Below the pieces are notes generated by a model. It saw nothing but the letters and a program-made list of their open reading frames with translations. It had not been told where the DNA came from and did no database searches. A DNA stretch of 63,030 nucleotides, filler included, from Octopus bimaculoides (taxonomy: Eukaryota): assembly GCF_001194135.2 (NCBI RefSeq). It is 9 parts of 9 records of this genome, joined end to end, with 100 filler letters (N's around TTAATTAATTAA, not from the genome) between each part and the next. Parts side by side here need not be neighbours in the genome. Positions count along the whole stretch, not along the records: positions 1 to 28,624 come from NC_068997.1; 8 more parts are not named here. One strand, written 5' to 3'. The number at the start of each line of letters is the position of its first letter. The first letter of the stretch is position 1. Shown here in pieces: positions 14,466 through 27,631 of this stretch. A program made the translations under genes and the position numbers.

Positions 14466-14696
14466 AAGAGAGAGAAAAAGAGAGAGAGAAAGAGGGCGTG
14501 GGAGAACCAGTAAAGCAACAGATAAAATGGTTGGATTATTTAAAGTTGTCTTTCTAATTTCAAATCTTGCGACATCTTTTCGTTCGTTATTCCAGGATTT
14601 ATAAATTAACTACCAGTAATATCCCAGTGTCTATCCACTCAACAGCACACCTGACCCAAATTACTAGTCTTTATTTTAAAAGAAATGACTATTTCT

Positions 14697-14874
14697 TATT
14701 TCTTTACTGCCCACTAGGGGTTAAACATAGACTGGACACACAAGGGATTAAGTCGATTACATCGACCCCAGTGCGTAACCGGTACTTAATTTATCGACAC
14801 CGAAAGGATGAAAGGCAAAGTCGACCACGGTGGAATTTGAACTCAGAACGTAGCTAGCGGCAGACGAAATACCG
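14697..14874 (-). mobile_element. SINE family A, 3' part (interrupted by a retroelement insertion)
   Basis: Family A core running to gaaataccg; resumes at 16072. Confidence 0.85.
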
Positions 14875-16071
14875 ATTTCTTTATTACCCATAAAGGGCTA
14901 TACAAAGAATTTTTTAAGACATCACAAAACATAAAGACAGTACAAAACGCAAACATAAAATCGGGGTAATTAAGATAAAACGATAATATGCAAGAATGAA
15001 AAAAATGAGGCGCAATGTCCACTCGATCCCCGAAGTCGGGTGGTTACATTTATCCAGTTTTTCACTTTTACGTTCAACTTCATGTAAACATTTTAACGAT
15101 TTTGTNNNNNNNNNNNNNNNNNNNNNNNNNNNNNNNNNNNNNNNNNNNNNNNNNNNNNNNNNNNNNNNNNNNNNNNNNNNNNNNNNNNNNNNNNNNNNNN
15201 NNNNNNNNNNNNNNNNNNNNNNNNNNNNNNNNNNNNNNNNNNNNNNNNNNNNNNNNNNNNNNNNNNNNNNNNNNNNNNNNNNNNNNNNNNNNNNNNNNNN
15301 NNNNNNNNNNNNNNNNNNNNNNNNNNNNNNNNNNNNNNNNNNNNNNNNNNNNNNNNNNNNNNNNNNNNNNNNNNNNNNNNNNNNNNNNNNNNNNNNNNNN
15401 NNNNNNNNNNNNNNNNNNNNNNNNNNNNNNNNNNNNNNNNNNNNNNNNNNNNNNNNNNNNNNNNNNNNNNNNNNNNNNNNNNNNNNNNNNNNNNNNNNNN
15501 NNNNNNNNNNNNNNNNNNNNNNNNNNNNNNNNNNNNNNNNNNNNNNNNNNNNNNNNNNNNNNGAACCCCACCTCAACCGTACCGAACTTTCTTCCTCTGT
15601 TGATGTACGTGGCTTCATTGACAATTTCACCCAGGCACTCCTCGATTTCCTCTTCCGTCACCATTTCAATTTTACAGGTTTCGACAGCCTGTGTACGATA
15701 CACTACTGTCCTCAGAATTTTATTTTCTTTAGTCTCTTTTGGGGGACACAATTTGTATGAGTCTCCCTCAACTTCTACCACATTCCTGCTTCTGGTCACC
15801 TCCTCCATATCTAACTTGATTAACTTGGTTTCCAGCGGCACTGGCTTCCTCACCGCAGTGGCTTTGGCGTAGCTCTCCATACTGGAGACACTACCACTTG
15901 CCATAGCTGGGGAAAATGCAGCAGCTCACGTGAAATGCAACCGTAATAATTCCACAAAAATCACAATTATTCACCGAGACAGTTTTCACAAAGTAACACA
16001 ACAGTATTCACAACAGTATTCACAACAATTACAATAATTCACAACAATTCACAACAATTCACAGGGCCGTT
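14875..16071 (-). mobile_element. Probable non-LTR retrotransposon (L1/Tx1-like) inserted into a SINE, 6-bp TSD ATACCG
   Basis: ATACCG at 14869-14874 and 16072-16077; 5' end with (gaattgttgt)n repeats, ORF start at 15904, 3' tail ending gggtaataaagaaat; 457 N internally. Confidence 0.7.
15563..15904 (-). CDS. N-terminal sequenced part of a probable retrotransposon ORF1 (RRM-like) protein
   Basis: Uninterrupted, non-repetitive MASGSVSSMESYAK...RTVVYRT...IEECLGEIVNEATYINRGRKFGTVEVGF running into the gap; family assignment is inferred from context. Confidence 0.55.
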
Positions 16072-16125
16072 ATACCGCGAAGCAGTTCGCCCGGCGTGCT
16101 AGCGTTTCTGCCAGCTCGCCGCCTT
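16072..16125 (-). mobile_element. SINE family A head (continuation of 14697-14874)
   Basis: cgcgaagcagttcgcccggcgtgctagcgtttctgccagctcgccgcctt. Confidence 0.85.
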
Positions 16126-16735
16126 TCACTATTTTTGTGTAGCTGTTTTTCTGTTGACGTCAATATTAAATAAAGCTCAAGTCACCATCATCTAGGAACA
16201 GCAAAAGAATAATTGTATAAATATATATAATTGTTCGTTATTAGCGGCAAGAAGCAGTTTTAGCCCCGAATGGCGATCTGTATATCTTAGATATACTGTA
16301 AGAAAGCCATACTACTGCAGTATCCGTTAGCGAATTTTTACCCAGCCCGCCAGCTACCGATGACACCCTGATACGCAAAAAATTACGTGATCGACCAATT
16401 CCAACGCCGTTGCTAGCCACTCTTTCTCTGCTACCAATACTTCTATCCTTTTTGGCACCATACATCTAAACGAGATGCCCTCTTAAGACGAATACCGCAG
16501 TTTATGACTTTCTTACGTTAAGATATACAAGTTGCTATATAATTTATGGTTTTCCACGTTATGTAAGATTATTATATAATTATACGATTGTACAAATTTA
16601 TATAATTGTATAATAATGATAGTCTGATTAAGGGGCTGTAACTCACTTAATACATACCAGGCAATAAGGCTTTCCTAAAAATCCTTTTTTTCTGACTTGA
16701 ACGAATTCTTGATATTTCAAAATCTAATGATGGAT

Positions 16736-16974
16736 ATTATTTACATTATTTACATTTGACGGATATTTGTCCTCATCTTGTGTGTTGTTAACACAACGTT
16801 TCGATTGATATACCCTCCAGCCTTCATCGAAGAATACCTTAGGAATGAGAATCCGGGTTCGAAATTTCCCCCAAGATACCTGATGAAGGCTGGAGGGTAT
16901 ATCAGCCGAAACATTATGTTAACGACAAACAAGATGAGGACAAATATCCGTCAAATGTAAATAATGTACATAAT
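16736..16974. mobile_element. Inverted dimer of the HHR-A element tail (93-bp arms, 53-nt spacer)
   Basis: 16736-16828 is the reverse complement of 16882-16974; same sequence as 40067-40523. Confidence 0.9.
16875..16920 (+). ncRNA. Minimal hammerhead motif, family HHR-A, mutated at the cleavage site
   Basis: gatac-CTGATGA-a-ggctg(gagggtatat)cagcc-GAAAC-att-atgtt; GTT changed to ATT. Confidence 0.6.
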
Positions 16975-17115
16975 TCATCTCCTAAATATAGAACTGTACT
17001 AACGATGGATGTAAAATATTTTCCCAGAAAATTTCTAATATGAAATCGTGTGTTGAAGCAGGTATTATTACACCTGGATATTGTCATATTTTGCCAGTGA
17101 AATGCACGCATTATA

Positions 17116-17322
17116 TGAGTGGGGTGCTGAAAAGTTCTTAGCTTTGGTTAAACGAAAATACAGGATGAGGATCAGTTAATTATGATTTTGTTCGTCATAT
17201 TCCCCTCTCAGATTCACACACTTATTGCGGTGGTCATTCAGTTTTTTCTAAGCCCTGTAAAAGAACTTGGAAAAATGGGCCTCCAAACAGGTTTTTCGCG
17301 ATACTGTTAAAGCATCCCCTCG
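17116..17322. mobile_element. Tc1/mariner-type MITE
   Basis: TA flanks; left end gagtggggtgctgaaaagttc, right end (partly deleted) gcatcccctcg; body matches 45148-45320. Confidence 0.7.
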
Positions 17323-17333
17323 TATACTTTGTC

Positions 17334-17350
17334 TTCACTTCAGCTTTATA

Positions 17351-17398
<48 letters not shown>

Positions 17399-17480
17399 GT
17401 GGTTTTGTCTAAGCTCTTTCGTCACACATCTTGTGACCTCATGAGTGACTCTCTATCCCACGTGTCTCCTCTTGTTCTGC
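17334..17480 (-). mobile_element. HHR-B family element with degenerate hammerhead (17407-17449)
   Basis: Reverse complement gtca-CTCATGA-g-gtcac(aagatgt)gtgac-GAAA-gagctt-agac; shares cttcacttcagctttat with 40531 and 55160. Confidence 0.6.
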
Positions 17481-19404
17481 TTACCTCACCCCTACCCACA
17501 AAATAGACATTTTTTATACTATTTCTTTCTTTTCCAAATAAATCAATAGATGTGTAATAACTAACCAACAATTTCTAATTGCTTCCTCATTTATACCTGG
17601 AGTCTAGTTTCCAGGTGAGTAAACCACCATCGAATTACCGTGTCTACGATTAATAGAATTAACGTAACACCATTACCTGGTCCTTATTTTTAAAGGACTT
17701 CAGTTTGTTACAAATATTTGGACCAGATCTTTTGTTTGGAGATAACTCCTTCATATTTCCAACCTCTTACCAGTCTCGTGGTTCTTCTTTCACTGACTAA
17801 GAGGCAAATAAGAGTTTGGAAATATTCAAGCAAGTACAAAGATTTAAGTAAGCTTGTTAATTATTATTTTTTTTTTTTAGTGTATTTAAACTCAGCATTA
17901 AGCAATTATTAAATTAGAAATCTGCCATTAGAAGCGATACTTGGTTCTCTACTGACGATCTATGAAAACTGATGAATTGAAGTCTGATTATATCGACTTT
18001 TTGGAATCATCAGATTAACCAGACCAAGACAATGGTGGATATGTATGAAAAGAAGAATTTTAAAATTTATTATTTTAATCTTCATTGGTTACGAATCACC
18101 GTTTCTATTATGTTATTTTAACAAATAAATTGTGGGATTTAGAGCTGTCTGCAAGTGAGTACATACATCTCTTTGTAATCCGGTCTGTTTAGTCGTCGAA
18201 GAGTTAATCATTATTTTTAAGATGAAGTATATTCCCATTTATTGTCTGTTATGTGTATTCGACAGCAGAAGTGAATATATGACAACGGAAAATGATTAAT
18301 TCGATAGTTTTAAATGGTATTTTCTGTAACAGGAAACTTTCCTTGAAATAAAAGCAAATCAATGATCATTTTCTAAATTCTTCCAGTGGTGAAATTTTGT
18401 CCAGTTTCTCTTTTCTTTGCGGATTAAGAAAATTACTTATGTCCAAAACAATCTTAGGCTGAACGGTTGACAGTTGTTGCAAGGCACTTCACTAGCCTTT
18501 CCTGGAAAAGCGTCTGTGTGTCTGCAAAGCACTTCCGGCAAAAACTTAATATTGCGAGTAGATATCGTTAATAAGACTGTTATAAACAACAAATGTCACT
18601 GCAAATAACTGATGGAACAAAATGGCTATCATTGCCTGAATAGCGAAGAAAAGAAAAAAATAGATACGAAGGTGGAGAATCACAACTTCCCGCCTTAACC
18701 GAAATAACAAACACACTGCCGTCAGAGTTGTTCGTAAAGAAAATATGACGTATAAATAAAAGATGAAGCAAAGAACATTTGTCATAGGGAATGTTCTGGA
18801 TAAGGTGATGTGCAGAGAGAGAGGGGGATAGAGAAAAGAAAATGAGACAGTGTCAAATAAGCTTTTCACTGAAGAATATTTGAATAGTAACAGATGGCCA
18901 TTTACATTTTCAACGATCGTCTGCTGCTGACCGTTGTTATTTTCCATCTTGTTCGGTACTCATGCCATAGAAATAAGAGAGAAAACTAAAGTCTATAAAT
19001 CTTAAATCTGCAGAAATGTCTTTCTGGGGAAAAAATTAATTATATACTTAGAGCTATGAGAGGATTCATGAGTGTTGTAAAATATCAAGGAATGTTACTC
19101 TGAGGAAATGAACGAACTGTCATCTAATCAACATACTATATTGAAATATATATTTACTAAGGGTATGTATACGTAATTACAATTATACACTGAGGTATAA
19201 ATACATACACACACACATTTATGTATGCTTATTTATGTACATATGTGTCTATTTATGTATATGTACGCATGTGGACATATGTAATTAGGAATGTGTGTGC
19301 GTGTGTCTGTATGTGTGTGTGTTTGTGTGTGTGTGTGTCTCTGTGTGTATGGATATATATTTATGTATATGTATTTTCATATATATATATGTGTGCGGCG
19401 GAGG

Positions 19405-19451
<47 letters not shown>

Positions 19452-19480
19452 TAATATATATAAATATTATATACATATAA

Positions 19481-19640
19481 AGGCGGTGACTGACATAATC
19501 GTTACCACGTCCGACAAAATGTCCAGTTTAAAATTTTGCCTTTCATTCTTTCGAGACGATAGAATAATCGCCATTTAAGTTCTAGGATCGATTCAGTTTA
19601 GAGGCCCTTTCTCTAAACATGCTGGCCTTGTACCGAAACT
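19481..19640 (+). mobile_element. Degenerate, deleted SINE family A
   Basis: aaggcggtgactgacataatcgtta...tttgcctttcattctttcg. Confidence 0.55.
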
Positions 19641-19659
19641 TGAATCCATTATATAAATA

Positions 19660-19725
<66 letters not shown>

Positions 19726-20199
19726 CACAATACATATGTAAATATTATATATATATGTGTGTATATGTATATATTTTCATATACATGCATATACATTTAA
19801 TTACATGTGTCTATATATGTACATATGATATTAAACTGAGGACAAGCGTACAAGAAATTTTGCCATGAACTGCATTAGCTTACTGCTCTTCCTTTCTTAA
19901 GATGCAGTGTACCCAGAACTGAGTGGTTGTGCATCACCTTTTTGCCTCTTCGGAACATCGGAAATGAAGAGCGAGTTTATTTGGGAAAGCAATTACATAT
20001 ATATGTGTGTTTGTGCGTGTATGTGACTATGTATCTACATGCATGTATGTATATATATGTATATATATTTTTCACTGTGCCAATGTGTGTATGTGTTAAT
20101 GTGTGTACGAGTGTGTATATATGTATTTATACCCTCACTAACTCAGGGATAGATTCCCAGATAACACGTTTGCAGAGAATTTTGCATTTATGATATCAT

Positions 20200-21165
20200 C
20201 ATATCACTGCTATAATCTTCTGACACGTAAACCTTATTTCAACGATACATCAAAATGTTCGAGAGATTTCACCAGAAGAGGTAAAGGCAAATATTACTCT
20301 TTTCACTATAACTAATGATGTGAAACAGAGTTGTGTTCTAGCAACCATGCTCTTCAGATTGATGCTTAGCACAGTGTTTCACGGATGCATTCTTCTTTGA
20401 AACACCTGGCATTCAGATCAGATACAGATATGAAGATTGTCCTCTTAACATCAGCTACTTGAAACCAAAGACCAAAACCAGGATAACCACCACAAAGAAG
20501 TTCCTCTGTCGATGATTGTACTCTGAACGCAAACTTTGGAGCAGATTTTTAAGAGAGCTTAGGCAATTATGCTTCAGTTTGTGATAAATTCGGCCTCGTA
20601 ATCATTATCAAAACTTGCGAAGTCATGCACCAACTAGCTGCCGAAAATCTTACACTGAACCACTCCCGACAGTCAACAATCAACCTCTCTAATTCAACTG
20701 CCTTGAGAGTAATATGTTGAAGACTGTTCATATTGATGATAGCAAAAGCCAGCCCCGCCTTTGGACGTCTTAATCACAAGGTTTGTATAAAGACTTGGTC
20801 TGACTATTAAAACAAAGCTGTTGTGATGACTACACTTCTTTATCGTTGTGGATCTAGTCAGTCTCCCAAAAACATGCCTGCAAAAATTGTTAATATCAGG
20901 TGGCAGGAAAACATTCCCAATACAACTATGCTCGAGAGAGGCATGTATGCTTTCCTGAGCAAATTCCAGCTACAGTTGGCTCCCGATCACATGATGGTCC
21001 AACAAAAACACGCTCAAAACAACCGTAAAAAAGTGTAGTTTAGAGCAGTCTGAATCCTGACTCAGCTATCATGTGTGTTGCACCCCCATTGCGACCGCGT
21101 ATTTCATGTCATAATTGGTCTAGAAAGCCATCTGAGGACCAACAGAGTGAAAAACTGACAACCTG
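20200..21165 (+). mobile_element. RTE-clade LINE, 3' half of ORF (pseudogenised)
   Basis: Frameshifted VKQSCVLATMLF, a DDCTL-like motif, FGLVI, and C-terminal PHCDRVFHVIIGLESHLR. Confidence 0.8.
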
Positions 21166-21899
21166 GCCAACTTCAGATACATGAAGGACGTACTTAACAT
21201 GTATAGTGTACACACACGCACACACACACACACACATATATATATATGCATTTATATATGTGTGTATGTATTATATATATATTCATATGTATGCATATAT
21301 AGGTTTATATGTATATATATACATGTGTTTGTGTATATTATTTATACATATATATATATTTCATGTATTAATTAATGGGTCAGTAAGCAGCTGTGCACTT
21401 TTATATTAACATATTCGTGTCCAATCGAACATGGAAAGGGAGATGGTGGCTTTGCGATTTGAAAGTGCTTAGTTGGTAAGCCAGTTGAATTATCATCCAA
21501 TGTGAGTGATTAATTCACTAAACTCCGCTTGTCATTGTCTCGGAGGAACAATGTAATTTTATGTTCAAACTTAACGGAGGAAATTTTTTTCAATGATCTT
21601 AGAACGGCCATTTTTACAACACCAACTGGTGCCAAAATGATCCTGTCTGATTACTTCATTCCAGATTAAATGGTAGCTGTGATATGTGGCTAGTTTGGAA
21701 CACTTAAGTATTGGTAAAATGAACAGTAGTGATGTTTGTCTGAATTAGCTGTTCTAAATTAAATCTTGTAATAAATAAGATACCGTTCCACACACATCCT
21801 ATCAAAATAGGCTCATCTTAATTAACTTTGTCACTATTTGTAAACGAATGGTTTGCAACTTTGGACCAACAAATATGAAATTTGTTGGTAGGAAAAAGT

Positions 21900-23260
21900 T
21901 TACAACAAATAATACTAAAGTTGCGAAATGAGAGGATGTTGACGAACTCGGTGACCGGCAGCTGCAGCTATAGCAAATTCATCGCCTGATAATTCAACGC
22001 CATACTTGAAACAAAAGTTTTGGACATCACTGCTAACATCTTAACGTGGAGAAACGCAAACACAAAGACTAGTTCTATGAAATGACTCTGAAATGTCTAA
22101 GTTTCTAGATATCAAACATAAATTACACCAGAAGTTGTTCAATTCTAATTAACTGAAAAGGAGCGTTTGAGGATAGAGCGGGGGGGGGGGCACAAATCAA
22201 CTTTACTGAGAGAACTGAAAGTAATGATGACTGTGTAACGATTGAACATACCCACGGGTGTCCACCCGGTCTTCGGCAAAACAGATGACAAACATTGCAC
22301 AGCTTGTTAAAACGGATATTTTGACCCTGCCTGCCAACAATTGCTCTTCTCTCCTTCTCAAAGATGGATCGACATAAATCACTGATACAGAAAATATTCT
22401 GAAGAGATGAATAGAGCATTTCACAGATTTTCTGAGTACCATGTTATTGGAGAAATGAATAATAATCCTAACATAGAGGAAGTCAAAATCACTGTTAAAA
22501 GGGATTAACACAGGAAAACCCCAAAGGATGATAGTCTACCGACTGAAATGATTAAACATGGTGGGAAGTAGCAGCGATCTTGTGACCACACTGATTGATA
22601 ACGTATGGAATGGTTCACCGGTTTACCAGGATCGGAGAGATTTCATTGTTCAAGAGAAAAGGTGCCAAGTGAAACTTTTGTAACTTTCTGGATATTTCGT
22701 TACTTGTAACTGTTGGTATAATTGATTCACCAGACTTTTATTGAATTATCTGCAGGCACACATATACTCCATCGTTATCCCTGAGTCTCGAGTTTGGATT
22801 TACATCCACATATATGTTCTTTCGTGTCGGACAATTATAGGAGAATTGCATTGAGTAGAGATTCCACTTTCACCAAGTTTTCGTTGATCTAACGACATCT
22901 GACACAGTTAATAGAAATGCACTGAAAGGAGTCTTGAGAAACCTGAATTTACCGATTTTTTTGTCTCACTATACTCCAGTATGAAACCCTATTTAAGTTC
23001 AAATGATGCTCTGTCGGTATTAAGTGCTGTGGAGAATATTCCTTTACCAACAACTTTGTTTTCCATTTAACTGACAACGCTGATTACGCGTGCACCTAAA
23101 AAATGTTATACTTATTTTTGCCCTCTATCACACAAGTAAAGTCTATCACACAAGTAATTTTCTGAGACATAAACCTTATTTCGACGATGCATCAAAATAT
23201 TCGAGAAATTTCACCAGAAGTGATTAAGGCATATATTAAACATCTGGAAATCTTTAAAAC
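21900..23260 (+). mobile_element. RTE-clade LINE, linker and RT N-terminal half (pseudogenised)
   Basis: ENDSEMSKFLDIKHKLH, LLLKDGS, EMIKHGG, VIPESR, HQVFVDLTTSDTVNRNAL in broken frames. Confidence 0.8.
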
Positions 23261-23569
23261 CTGATACAGAATAGTATAAAAGGTAAGGGCGAATATGTTT
23301 CAGTATGGAAGCTCACCTCACCAGATATCACATACGATAAGTTAGTTATATCATCTGTCTTGAGGATTTCAGACTTCTGTGTCGGATTACTTTATAGAGC
23401 ATTAGTTCCGCTTTAGAACATAAATGAGATTTCATGACGTCACGAAAGTCAACCTTAACATTAGCACCGTTAAGTGATGCTGAATAGAAGTGAGTGACAG
23501 TCTATAGCCAGCAAGTATAGCCCGTAGTTTAAGAGAAATAACATTATTCACTAAATAGTAATGTAAAGC

Positions 23570-23950
23570 CCATAAATAGAGGTTCTTGAGGTTCTGCAGC
23601 GTTGAGGTTGAAGAGATAATTTCAGTTTCATTGTCTATGCTTGCTTTACACTTTTAAAACCTGGTTTTGTCATCCATGAAAGTTTACATGTCTAAAGACT
23701 AAAGCGGGATGCTTATATGCATAGACCTCCAACAGCCTATACGGAACACTGCTGGCATCTATGTCGAAAAGTGTGCTCATCCCCTGCTGGGCTGAAAATC
23801 CCCTTTTCAATGAATGCACAAAGGTGGAGCTGCTGTTGATGAATATATTGACAAACTTAAGTTACTGGAAGAAAGTAAACTCACATTTTGGTGAATTAAA
23901 ATTTTTGCTTAACCACTATAAAACAAAATATTTAAAGGCCATCAAGTATA
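23570..23950 (+). mobile_element. Probable PLE reverse-transcriptase C-terminal remnant
   Basis: Broken EVEEII, RKVCSS and NECTKVE resemble the PLE RT thumb region; recognised by eye only. Confidence 0.4.
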
Positions 23951-24308
23951 AAATTGTTCCCTAAGTAATACCTCACACCTCGATGCAAGCAATCCCTCGT
24001 GTATACATGATTTCTATTTCTTTTTCTTGAATAACTCATATTAACACATTTATTAGAAAACTTGATCACATTTATTTTACTTTTTGAAAATCTTTCAAGT
24101 AAGTGAAACGAGTGAACATTTGTTATAGTCAGCATTTTTCATATCCCTCTCACCAGTCGTGTGTCGATAAGCCAGCTGGAGGAGATGTCCTCCTGGGGCT
24201 AAAAGCAACAGTAACATCCACCCCTAGGGGTCAGCCACACTTAAGTGGCAATATACTACACTTTATCGTGCAGTTACTGTTAATACTTCATTTAGAGAAT
24301 TAACATTG

Positions 24309-24348
<40 letters not shown>

Positions 24349-25228
24349 ACGAGTACATGCGCATATACATACTCACATACAGACATGTACATGAATATAT
24401 ACTTAGTCTCATTGCCAAGTAAATCCGAGCATACAAATGCACATATGGATACAAATCGATATATCTATAGAAACACAGCTAGCCCAAGAAGGCAGTTACA
24501 GAAATAAATGCATATAAATAGATATAAATAAGAATTGTAATTGCTATAAAGACAAACAAGCTTTTAAAAAATTATACACATATTCATCTATTCATCGACT
24601 AAAAAGTATAGATTAGTTATGCCTAACATTTCACGTTGCTTGTAAATATATCAGGGAATCAGTTTCGATATTATTACAGAGAAAGTATATAAAATATGAT
24701 AAATAAACAGTGGGGAAGGGCTGAGATAATTGGTCTTATATAAAGTAAAGTTTAATTCAAAATGGAAGTTGTATTGATATATACATTTTTATAATAAATT
24801 ACTTTCTAGTATGGGTGATGGAACCTCCGTAGTTACGTGGGTTAAGATGATAACAAAAAGTAATAAACTTCTCATATTACCTTTAAGTAATATAATTAAC
24901 GATTCTTATCTGAAATTTGAAATGCTGTATGAGTATAGGACAAAAACTAAGGTATGCCTCACTCTCAGTGGTCTTCCAGTACGCCGGACACGAACTCGGA
25001 ATTTTTGAGGGCCCATGCTATTGCTAGATAGTCGATGAACCTACACTAGTTTCATTGATCCTTTGATAAGTCTTGCTTTTAATCCTGGTGGGTTTCGAGC
25101 AACCATCCTTACTAAACAGCCTACTGGGAGTGCTGGTTTAGTCGCCGAATACCCGACCATGCAACAGGCTATACTGGATTCCGTGTTACCAATACCACTC
25201 ATTTAGAGATCTTGCAAGTGACCTCGCG

Positions 25229-25281
<53 letters not shown>

Positions 25282-25962
25282 TTCACAAAAAGACATATTA
25301 TTACTAGCAAATTATAACCAAAACGCGAACGTATAGACGCAGCGTATGTAAGAAAAGCTATGAATAACATTAGGAGTTAACTATGAAACAACTTCAAATC
25401 TAGTGACAATTATTCTAATTAAAGCTTTAGTCTTCTGATCCTTTGCTGCCGAGACGCAACGCAGCAACATTACAACACTTTTATTATTTCATTGAGACAA
25501 TGCCGAAAAGCTTCTTGAAACATTACTGGACATAGGAAAAATGTTGTTCCAAACAAAACATAAGGACTAAAGAAGAAATATAAACACTTATACTAAAAAA
25601 ATATATATATATGATACACACACACACACATATTTGTCATTATGCCAAAGGAGCTATAATCTTTTAAGGGATGTTTGCATCCTAGTTCTCCAGTTTTTAC
25701 CAGTGAAAAACTAAATACGTTAGTTTTGCATTGATGGATATTATAATTTCATTTCTCTAATTGAATTAATTGGCTATGGAAACCGCTGTAGAGATAAGAA
25801 TTTCATATTATATTGATTTGGATATCTTTGAATAAACTGATGTCTATATGTCAATTTATCCATTTTTTTTCTTTTTCTCATTTATATATATATGTGTGTG
25901 TCTGTATGTATTTAGCTATATATATGTGTGTGTGTGTGTGTGCGTGCGTGCGTTTGAATTAA

Positions 25963-26169
25963 GGGTACCATTGGTTTCATGTTAATAAAACTAGGAAAAT
26001 ATCTTAATATCATAACAAATTTTCAAGCCGATCACACGGAGGAACGGTTTTCGTCTCCATTTTGGATAAAAATGGCGACGAACACCATTCCGCCATGTAA
26101 TCGGCTGGAAAAGTTTTTACGATATTAAGGTATTTTCCTATTTTTGTTAACATGAAACCAACGATAGCC
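25963..26169. mobile_element. Almost fully palindromic TTAA-flanked MITE (Kolobok-like GG..CC termini)
   Basis: TTAA at 25959-25962 and 26170-26173; imperfect arms of about 100 bp meeting near 26066. Confidence 0.8.
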
Positions 26170-26223
26170 TTAATTCACAAATAAGGAAATTCTATCCACT
26201 CATTTTCATCGTTCGATATTTAC

Positions 26224-26265
<42 letters not shown>

Positions 26266-26389
26266 CAACGCACATACTCAAGTGAAATGTTTTATACCTA
26301 TATATACGCAAATCATGGAACGAGACAAAAACGTCTTATTAGATTTCTCTGGCAAAGCATCAAACTATATCTGGGATGCAGGAGATGGT

Positions 26390-26596
26390 AGCCTTAGTAG
26401 TGTTATCGGTGGTGGTAGTGGTGGGTTGGCGGCGACGATAGTTAGTGATAGCGGTAGGAATGATGGCCGTGAAAGATGATGATGGTGAAAGCTGTGTTAG
26501 TCGTAGTTAGGGATGTTGAAGACTCGGGGAGGAGCTTATATCGATATTGAGAAAGATAGCTGGTCGTGATGATTAATGATGATAAGAATACCACTT

Positions 26597-26674
<78 letters not shown>

Positions 26675-26776
26675 TTGCTGCAACTGCTGCTACTGCTGCT
26701 ACTGCAACTGTTAGTAGTAAGCTTGGTAACGCAAATATTTAACAACAACAACAACAACAACAGTAATAATAATAAT

Positions 26777-26817
<41 letters not shown>

Positions 26818-26998
26818 TATAATGTTAATGTAAAAGGATATCAGTAAAGAAATCAAGAAAAAGATATCAGTAAAAACAATAATGATAAATTCATAAAACA
26901 AAATACACACATGTACATAGAATGTGCTGTCTACGCATATATAATTTATGTATGTATGTATGTATGTATGTATGTATGTATGTATGTATGTATGTATG

Positions 26999-27053
<55 letters not shown>

Positions 27054-27060
27054 CTATTTA
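26390..27060. repeat. Microsatellite block (GGT/GAT, CTA, CTG, AAC, AAT, TATG, TA)
   Basis: Direct inspection. Confidence 0.9.
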
Positions 27061-27535
27061 TATTATATGTATATGTTTATGTGTATGCATATGATTCTAT
27101 GTAGATGTGTGTATGTATGTATATGCATACATTAATGCGTGTGTATAGCTTTATAGAGAGAAACATAATATATACATACTTGCAATGAAAACAAAAGAAC
27201 TTCAGAGGCAATAATTCCCCAATACGGTACCAATTTGTTTCTATTAAACTTGCCTGAAGCAGCTACATTCAAAATACAATAGCACCTTGTTTATGTACTT
27301 ATTTATTTATTTTCATTTATTTATCCATCTTTTTTTTTTTTTTTTTTTGACATACAACATCTGATCTCTTTCCTACCTCAGGCAGATAGAAAAACTTCCT
27401 GTGCGTCTGTTATTTATTACAAATATTATTACAATTATTATTGTTGCTGTTGTCGTTGGTGTTTTGTTTTTTCTCCATCTTTTATTGTTCACATTTTTGT
27501 TTTTATCGTTAACATTATCATTATTGCTGTTGCTG

Positions 27536-27603
<68 letters not shown>

Positions 27604-27631
27604 TGTTGTTGTTGTCGTCGTTGTTATCTAC

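Noticed and set aside
16245-16297. Candidate exon RQEAVLAPNGDLYILDI
   Set aside because: Weak donor context (CT|gtaaga), no partner exons and no recognisable family from 17 residues.
18525-18540. ETS-like CCGGAAGT site as a promoter
   Set aside because: A single motif with no CpG-rich context or downstream gene evidence.
18546-18947. 133-aa hydrophobic minus-strand ORF
   Set aside because: Hydrophobicity reflects the T-rich strand; no recognisable family.
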